In this document: one piece after another, positions 58,442 through 64,000 of the stretch
Layout: each line of letters opens with the position of its first letter
Numbering within the stretch: position 1 is the first letter of the stretch
Assembly (NCBI GenBank): GCA_944381365.1
Contig: CALWKW010000002.1
Span: forward strand, 64,318-128,317
Direction of reading: 5' to 3'
Origin: an uncultured Christensenellaceae bacterium
Lineage (GTDB): Bacteria; Bacillota; Clostridia; Christensenellales; UBA3700
DNA: 64,000 nucleotides
Notes under the pieces: model-generated
Database searches by the model: none
What the model saw: only the letters and a program-made list of their open reading frames with translations
What the model was told of the DNA's origin: nothing
Made by a program: the position numbers and the translations under genes

Positions 58442-58767
58442 TTCGTTACTCCTTTCAATCCGAAAGTCCTGATTATGGACTTCATTACTTCGGCGTCTTT
58501 CCCGTCAAGAGATGGCAAGAGCCTTTCCAACAATTCCTTCTGCTCGTCCTTGAGATAGGACTTGCCGAGCCTGTATTTTTCGTCTACATGAATACCGCCT
58601 CCATTGCCTTGGACGGTGTAGATCGGATACGAAAGCGACAACAGTTCTATGTCATAACGGATCGTTCGCTTACTGACTTTGAACTCGAACGCAAGATTGT
58701 CCAACGTATCGAATCTACGTAGACACAAAGCTTCGAGAATAGCTTTTCTGCGTTCTCTCGCCGTCAT
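58438..58767 (-). CDS. HTH_11/DeoR-type winged-helix transcriptional regulator, 109 aa
   Basis: RRKAILEALCLRRFDTLDNLAFEFKVSKRTIRYDIELL. It is the first gene of the minus-strand backbone operon. Confidence 0.75.
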   Translation of the reverse strand: MTARERRKAILEALCLRRFDTLDNLAFEFKVSKRTIRYDIELLSLSYPIYTVQGNGGGIHVDEKYRLGKSYLKDEQKELLERLLPSLDGKDAEVMKSIIRTFGLKGVTK

Positions 58768-58909
58768 ATCCGATTCTCACCTCCTTTCGCTTTTCTTGGC
58801 GTCATTCTAAAATCCAAACTGGCAAACTTTTTTGCCACTTTGAAAAAAATTTTTTCGCATGAAGTAACCAGTGCTATGCTTACTATAAAGCAAATATCAG
58901 GCAACTCAA

Positions 58910-58926
58910 CGGACACTATATGTCCG
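58910..58926. promoter_or_regulatory. palindromic site CGGACA-CTATA-TGTCCG (candidate operator, copy 1)
   Basis: Perfect 6-bp arms, upstream of the HTH regulator gene (coordinates +/-1). Confidence 0.4.
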
Positions 58927-58981
58927 CTAAAATAGCGATAATTTTACGCAAATCCGGTGATTATCGATAAAACAAAAAAAG

Positions 58982-59007
58982 AAAAACCTCGAGCAACCGA
59001 GGTTTTT
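58982..59007. terminator. bidirectional terminator after the ImmA/HTH gene
   Basis: AAACCTCG-AGCAAC-CGAGGTTT flanked by A-runs and T-runs (coordinates +/-2). Confidence 0.6.
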
Positions 59008-59019
59008 GCACAAAAAAAA

Positions 59020-59036
59020 CGGACACCATATGCCCG
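59020..59036. promoter_or_regulatory. related site CGGACA-CCATA-TGCCCG (candidate operator, copy 2)
   Basis: One arm mismatch relative to copy 1, located 110 bp away (coordinates +/-1). Confidence 0.3.
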
Positions 59037-59054
59037 TTTCTGAAAACTAATTTT

Positions 59055-60944
59055 TCAAATTCCGCTTATCCCTAATTTTTGAGCTTTTTCTCTAACCTCC
59101 TCTATTGATTGCCCTGCGGTCGTATATATCAAAGTATATAATCTGTAATCTTCTTCTGTTTCGTTCCTAAGTTTTACCGGCGATTTCTCAATGACATCAA
59201 ATGTCATTTTAGGCGGCAATTTCAACACAAAACAAAGAGCTAGGATATTTTCGATGCTAGTCCCACTTTCGCCATTAAGAATACGTCGTACCGTTCTTTC
59301 ATTTACTAACATTGCATCGGCAATATCTATATTGGTCAATTTACGCCATTTTTTAAGAACCTCTATCGTCCCCTTAAAATCGCGAGGTAATGACTTGAAT
59401 ACTTCAAACTCTTCTTCTTGCGTTTTACGAAGGTATTCGGTTTGTTTTTCATCAGTGGAATTTTCATATCCGTTATGAAACTTAATTTGCATTTCATAAG
59501 GAGAATTTGCATCCCTGTTTAATACGCAATAAGAAAAATATCGCTCCGAAATGTCCCTTTTTGTTATCGCTTCAATATCGAACCTGAGGCTACATTCTTC
59601 CATATGGTATCTGGCATATTTAGTCAACGCCAAATAACCGTCTTTATCCTTTTCAATATATTTTGGAGCGTTTAACACTAAATGCGTATCTACATAAACA
59701 TACCGGCCAATCGACACTTTTTCCCACAAATCGGAGTTCTCAAATATAACGCTCATTAAATCGTTTTGACTGATAGAAAATGTCTGTCTTCGATTAATTA
59801 TACCCCTTTTAGATGTGCGATGAGGCTTCACATATTTACCGTCGATATAGAGATAGGTGCCGACAGCTTCCTCATACCCGAGTTCAACCATTCTAACTTT
59901 GGCCGCCGCACGTGTCACCTTAAAGAAATCAGCCAAATTATTGATCACACTTTCCAGTATTTCTAAAGTTTCCGTTTCACCGGTTTCTCTCAATCGTGTC
60001 GCTATAAATTCGTCTGCTTTCTGTTTAAAAGTATCTGCAGGCATTATTATCCTTGGCGCTATTAAATTAGCATGATACTCCATCCAAGAAATCTCATCTT
60101 CTCTTTTTCTATCCGCTAAATCTCCTGAAACGGCACACTGTATTTTAGAAAATTCCTTATTGCACAAGCGTTCAAGTTCAAATGCTTTTCTATGCAATGC
60201 AAAATGAATACATTCGTGTGCGATAGTAATATTTAAACTTGTAGGCGAAAATAAAAAAGATGCCTGCGGATCGACAACAATAGTTTTTGCTTTTACTTTG
60301 CCTTTTCGAACACTGCCTGTGTTTCGATCATATAATTCCGTTACACTATCATAAAAATATATTTGACCAAAAACAGAGCCATCCTCTACTATACCGTGCT
60401 TATGGACCTCTAATCCCATGCGACGTGCTAAAATTTTTGCACTTACCGGTTGAGGACTTTCCAAAACTTCAGGATAATACGCTTTTAAAATTTCCGTTGC
60501 TTGTCTATCCATATCCTCTATTTTAATATATGGTACTAATCCATCCGTCATCGGTTTTTGGCGCGAATATTGCGAGTCTAATTCTTCAACATTGCTAACC
60601 CGAAAATCCCTTAATCCAATCGATAAATCACCTGAACAATGCAGCCGTAACCATAATTCATGACTGTCCGTGTCAACATCATATCTCGTCTTGCCCTCAA
60701 TAACGATAGTTGCCACAACAATAGGATAAAACCTTATTTTCATCCCGTTTGTATCACAATCTTCCGCATTAACATAACGAATCGAAACATTATCTAAGTA
60801 TGTATCTGTAATACTATAAAAACGATTGGATGTAATATTTATGCGTGTTTCATTAGCATTGTAATATCTTTCTACGCTTTGATAAATTTGATCTTCAAAA
60901 TTTTCAGCTATAAATTCTTTGAATGACCTTCTTTTTCCCATCAT
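59055..60944 (-). CDS. 629-aa ImmA/IrrE-type zinc metallopeptidase domain protein with C-terminal XRE-like HTH
   Basis: HEXXH in ITIAHECIHFALH at about aa 240. C-terminal IADAMLVNERTVRRILNGESGTSIENILALCFVL. The N-terminal ~200 aa are unassigned. Confidence 0.75.
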   Translation of the reverse strand: MMGKRRSFKEFIAENFEDQIYQSVERYYNANETRINITSNRFYSITDTYLDNVSIRYVNAEDCDTNGMKIRFYPIVVATIVIEGKTRYDVDTDSHELWLRLHCSGDLSIGLRDFRVSNVEELDSQYSRQKPMTDGLVPYIKIEDMDRQATEILKAYYPEVLESPQPVSAKILARRMGLEVHKHGIVEDGSVFGQIYFYDSVTELYDRNTGSVRKGKVKAKTIVVDPQASFLFSPTSLNITIAHECIHFALHRKAFELERLCNKEFSKIQCAVSGDLADRKREDEISWMEYHANLIAPRIIMPADTFKQKADEFIATRLRETGETETLEILESVINNLADFFKVTRAAAKVRMVELGYEEAVGTYLYIDGKYVKPHRTSKRGIINRRQTFSISQNDLMSVIFENSDLWEKVSIGRYVYVDTHLVLNAPKYIEKDKDGYLALTKYARYHMEECSLRFDIEAITKRDISERYFSYCVLNRDANSPYEMQIKFHNGYENSTDEKQTEYLRKTQEEEFEVFKSLPRDFKGTIEVLKKWRKLTNIDIADAMLVNERTVRRILNGESGTSIENILALCFVLKLPPKMTFDVIEKSPVKLRNETEEDYRLYTLIYTTAGQSIEEVREKAQKLGISGI

Positions 60945-60969
60945 AATTGCCCCTTAACTTGATACCACA

Positions 60970-62016
60970 TCAGTTTTTTCTGAAATAAAACGTTGCTTTG
61001 CCTTTCCCTTCTCTGCCGATTATTCCTTCTTGTACTAAGGACTTTAACGCATTCTCTACTGATGCTTTGCTGACAGAGGGAACATATTCCATTATATCGT
61101 TCTTTGTGAACTTTCCTATTGTATTTCCTACTGCTTTTCTTACCAAATCAATAGTAGTTACCTTGCCCTCTACAATGGTTACTCTTTCCTCGAAATCCCT
61201 GTATGCAGCCAAAATCGTACCGAGAATATACTTGATAAACGGCGTTATATCGTTTCCTTCGCGATGCCAATCTATATCGCTTTTCTCCAATGCGTCATAA
61301 TAACTGTCTTTCGTTTTCTCGATCTTACTCTCCAAACTCACATACTTTCCTACGACATAACCCGCACGGTAAAGGAGCAGCGTCGTAAGAAGTCTGGACA
61401 TCCTTCCGTTTCCGTCATTAAAAGGATGAATACACAAGAAGTCGACAATAAATGCGGGGATCAAAATCAAAGGATCTATTTCGCACACATCCATCTCCCT
61501 GTTAAAACTATCGCATATTGCCTCGATTGCCATAGGCGTTTCAAATGGTTCAAGCGGCATAAATCGAACATATTGTTCTCCGCTTTCTTTTATCTCCGCA
61601 ATATAATTTTGTATATTTTTAAACCTTCCGCCGATTCCTTTTTGTGAATAACGATATAAGACCTGATGCAGTTGCAGAATATAAGAGGGCTTGATAGGAA
61701 TGTATTCGTAACTTTCGTGTATCAAAGCCAATGCATCCCGATAACCCGAAATTTCTTCCTCATCTCTGTTTCTCGGCGTGGTTTTTTGCTCGCACAACTG
61801 CTTGATTCGAGTTGCCGTAGTCACAATCCCTTCTATTTTATTGGATGCCTCCGTGCTTTGTATTTTAGCTATCTCCACGAGTTTTTCCAGCGTTGCGGGC
61901 TTTTGCCTTAAAAATAACATCTGCTTCCCCTTGTATTCGTGAATTTGAGCAACCAACCCAAGCACTTCACTATCCCACCTCACCTCTTTTAATCTACCGT
62001 AATTAAAATTTCTCAT
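60970..62016 (-). CDS. Fic-family protein (AMPylase-type) with intrinsic inhibitory helix and C-terminal winged helix
   Basis: Fic motif HPFNDGNGRMSRLL. Upstream S-x-x-x-E-G inhibitory motif (SNKIEG). Confidence 0.9.
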   Translation of the reverse strand: MRNFNYGRLKEVRWDSEVLGLVAQIHEYKGKQMLFLRQKPATLEKLVEIAKIQSTEASNKIEGIVTTATRIKQLCEQKTTPRNRDEEEISGYRDALALIHESYEYIPIKPSYILQLHQVLYRYSQKGIGGRFKNIQNYIAEIKESGEQYVRFMPLEPFETPMAIEAICDSFNREMDVCEIDPLILIPAFIVDFLCIHPFNDGNGRMSRLLTTLLLYRAGYVVGKYVSLESKIEKTKDSYYDALEKSDIDWHREGNDITPFIKYILGTILAAYRDFEERVTIVEGKVTTIDLVRKAVGNTIGKFTKNDIMEYVPSVSKASVENALKSLVQEGIIGREGKGKATFYFRKN

Positions 62017-62058
62017 GCACCTATCCTCCTATTCGATTGGCATAATTATAGCATTATT

Positions 62059-62140
62059 TTAGGCGATTGTCAATCGTGTCACCAGAGTATTCGCATAAAA
62101 ATTTCAAATATTAGGCGATTTTTCTGAGGTTTAGGCAATA
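62059..62140 (+). repeat. three direct copies of TTAGGCRAT(T) upstream of the Fic gene
   Basis: TTAGGCGATT at ~62059 and ~62111, TTAGGCAATA at ~62131 (coordinates +/-1). Confidence 0.4.
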
Positions 62141-62472
62141 ATAATGCCTTTTGATAAAAGAGACACATAAGCTGCCAATCTAAATATAAAATTTAACTGT
62201 CTTTCTCCTCTTTTGGGTATCAGAAAAAGTCTTGCTGTCAAGCCAAAAAAATATGGCGCAAAACTCAAAGCAGAATAACCTGTACGACAATATTTTTTTA
62301 CCGAAAAACTTTCAGCCTCTAAAACCGCTTGACCGACTGCGCCTTTTCCTGATTGGCGGTGGCTGTCGAAAGACAGAGCAAGAAAAAACGAAAAGAGCAG
62401 AAAATTTTTTCAAAGTGGCAAGAAACCTTGCCCCTTTGACTTATAAACTGCTCTCAAAAAAGGAGGCTTGCA

Positions 62473-62946
62473 ATGAAAACTGCGGTGATCTACGCGAGGT
62501 ACAGCAGCGATCGACAGACGGAACAGTCCATCGAAGGACAAGTCCGCGTATGCAATGACTATGCCGAGCGTAACGACATTTTGATCGTAAATCAGTACAT
62601 AGACCGAGCCACAACGGGTACAAACGACAACCGCGAAGCCTTTCAGCAGATGATGAAAGACAGCGACAAAAAGACTTGGGATTTTGTTCTGGTTTACAAA
62701 TTAGACCGGTTCTCCCGTAACAAGTTCGAGATGGCTATGCACAGAAAGCACCTGAAGGACAACGGGATAAAAATCCTGTCCGCTATGGAGAATATCCCGG
62801 ACAGTCCCGAAGGCATTCTCTTGGAGAGCCTGCTGGAAGGGTTTAAGCGTTCAAATGGACATAATATATCTAATTTAAGAACAAAGCAGCCAATTCAGTG
62901 TAAAGTAAAAGCCATCGGAGACAATATCCGATGGCTTTTATCATGA
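62473..62946 (+). pseudogene. serine recombinase, truncated after the catalytic resolvase domain (~aa 123)
   Basis: AVIYARYSSDRQ (catalytic Ser), VLVYKLDRFSRN, and PEGILLESLLEG match large serine recombinase N-termini. After codon ~124 (~62845) both sequence and composition switch to AT-rich host-like DNA, and the ORF ends 33 codons later. No recombinase or zinc-ribbon domains follow. Confidence 0.75.
62907..62939. terminator. hairpin terminator of the convergent ABC-2 permease gene
   Basis: AAAAGCCATCGGA-GACAATA-TCCGATGGCTTTT (coordinates +/-2). Confidence 0.6.
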
Positions 62947-62954
62947 AACAGTCT

Positions 62955-63611
62955 TCAAACATCGATTCTTTGAAAATTCTCCATTGACAGATTACAGCTC
63001 ACGGTAGACAAGATCGCATAGACAGCAATACCTATAACAAGTGCTACGAGCTTTGCGCCTGTATTTTCGGAATTGAGTCCGTTCAGGGTTGTAGAATAGA
63101 GCGGTGTTACCCAACGCAAAGCGATAAAAACGCTGATTAGCAAAAATATAACAACTGCACCTATTACGAAAGGGGCTCCGATTTTGTCGGGGGTTTTGAA
63201 ATAACAGGGGAAGAAGATCAGATTGAATATGCCGAGCAAAATCGCCCCGTTGCCTACCAAAACAAGATTCGCCGATATTCCCGCTTGGTTGACATACTGC
63301 TCCGCAGGCAAAATTGCTCCTTTGACTGCGCCGATAATTCCCACAAGCAATAAAATTATACACTGCAATCCAATCGTTACGAGTATTTTTGCAAGAGGAA
63401 TATGCTCCTTTTTTACGGGCAGTGCGCAGGAAAACGCAATATCACCGTTTTCCCTTGTCATCATACAGCAGAAAAATACCGAAAGGCAAGAGAAAAAGAA
63501 AATGACTTCATACGGATAATTCGGCACAAATACAAGCGCGGCAAAGGCGAGAAAGATAAAAGCCGTAGGGTGCAAGCATAAAGCTATTTCTTTTTTAATC
63601 AGATTCAGCAT
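62955..63611 (-). CDS. ABC-2-type transporter permease
   Basis: Six hydrophobic helices. Overlaps the stop of the upstream ABC ATPase gene. Confidence 0.65.
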   Translation of the reverse strand: MLNLIKKEIALCLHPTAFIFLAFAALVFVPNYPYEVIFFFSCLSVFFCCMMTRENGDIAFSCALPVKKEHIPLAKILVTIGLQCIILLLVGIIGAVKGAILPAEQYVNQAGISANLVLVGNGAILLGIFNLIFFPCYFKTPDKIGAPFVIGAVVIFLLISVFIALRWVTPLYSTTLNGLNSENTGAKLVALVIGIAVYAILSTVSCNLSMENFQRIDV

Positions 63612-64000
63612 ACCTTTTCTCCTCGTTTGCCTTTTCCAAATGAACTATGATATTGTCTATCGTTGCGTCTGCAAAAGTAACTCCGTTCAATCTTTGCGTA
63701 TCGTGCGGAAGAAGTCCTTCATATCCTTCCTTTACCGACTTGACACCGATGGCATTTGCTGCCGTTGCGTCTGCAAGAGAAGAAAAATGCGCCAACTTAT
63801 ATTGATCAAGCAATTCTTTTAGCGGACACGCCGCAAGAATTTTCCCTTGCGAAATATAAACGATATCGTCTGCAATTCGCATAAGATCTGACGTTATGTG
63901 CGTAGAGAAAAGAACCGATACGCCTTCTTCGCGTACAAGCTGTAAAATAATGTCGCAAAACTCTTCACGGGAAAGCGGATCGAGACCGCTTGTCGGCTCG
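63595..64000 (-). CDS. ABC transporter ATP-binding protein, C-terminal part (5-prime end beyond the window)
   Basis: The frame stays open to the window edge. My translation of 63883-63999 gives EPTSGLDPLSREEFCDIILQLVREEGVSVLFSTHITSDL (Walker B/D-loop/H-loop), continuing into the track ORF. Confidence 0.85.
   Translation of the reverse strand, partial: EPTSGLDPLSREEFCDIILQLVREEGVSVLFSTHITSDLMRIADDIVYISQGKILAACPLKELLDQYKLAHFSSLADATAANAIGVKSVKEGYEGLLPHDTQRLNGVTFADATIDNIIVHLEKANEEKRYAESD

Larger units (their letters stand above)
37063..62850. mobile_element. mosaic integrated element (~25.8 kb, ~50% GC backbone with two low-GC cargo blocks), apparently immobilised
   Basis: Abrupt composition change at both ends. 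Contents: truncated serine recombinase, HUH Rep, PcfK/PcfJ-like genes, regulator genes and defence cargo. The host genes at both borders are interrupted or abutted. Confidence 0.7.

Noticed and set aside
62232-62558. 108-aa + strand ORF upstream of, and overlapping, the recombinase start
   Set aside because: TTG start without an RBS, and it overlaps the recombinase gene, which has AAGGAGG properly spaced from its own ATG.
62473-62946. Possibility that the 157-aa recombinase is an intact small resolvase/invertase
   Set aside because: Small serine recombinases need a C-terminal HTH of ~40-50 aa. Here the last 33 codons are AT-rich, unlike the rest of the gene, and include a terminator hairpin of the neighbouring gene. 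The N-terminus also resembles large serine recombinases.
1-64000. CRISPR arrays, tRNA/rRNA genes, and IS elements with terminal inverted repeats
   Set aside because: No regularly spaced direct repeats, no cloverleaf-like GC-rich ~75-nt islands in intergenic regions, and no transposase-like ORFs were seen on either strand.

Overview
Most of this window is a low-GC chromosome (roughly one-third GC by eye) of an endospore-forming Firmicutes/Clostridia-type organism. sleB-ypeB and spoIIR are present, alongside ordinary housekeeping genes: rho, a PRPP-synthase family gene, citrate synthase, reverse rubrerythrin with a PerR-like regulator, NfeD/FloA, TrkH/TrkA, an RlmD-type methyltransferase and two tandem CaCA exchangers. 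No rRNA, tRNA or CRISPR array was seen.

The main feature is a mosaic integrated element of about 25.8 kb at ~37.06-62.85 kb, with about 50% GC. Both junction genes are decapitated: a host LRR gene on the left and a serine recombinase cut after its catalytic domain on the right. The element contains:
- A + strand array of small genes ending in a PcfK/AcrIIA9-like::MutS-domain-I fusion and PcfJ.
- A nested low-GC defence operon: HTH, C5-MTase, PD-(D/E)xK/DUF3883-like nuclease, C5-MTase, and a 938-aa PHP + ABC/SMC-like ATPase that resembles the Ppl family.
- A rolling-circle HUH Rep next to a 16-bp inverted repeat that carries the CTTGATA nick motif.
- A roughly 9-kb minus-strand operon of uncharacterised membrane and secreted proteins plus a multi-TM P-loop-like protein. 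This could be an inovirus-like morphogenesis module or an IME coupling-protein/relaxase module.
- A second low-GC cargo pair, Fic plus an ImmA/IrrE-HTH protein.

Elsewhere there is a frameshifted MarR-MATE locus, a 1.1-kb GC-rich islet encoding a lipoprotein behind a perfect consensus promoter, and a 1552-aa orphan membrane-anchored protein.

All calls rest on reading the ORF-track translations, motifs and the sequence by eye; no database search was run. Coordinates of hairpins and repeats may be off by 1-2 nt.
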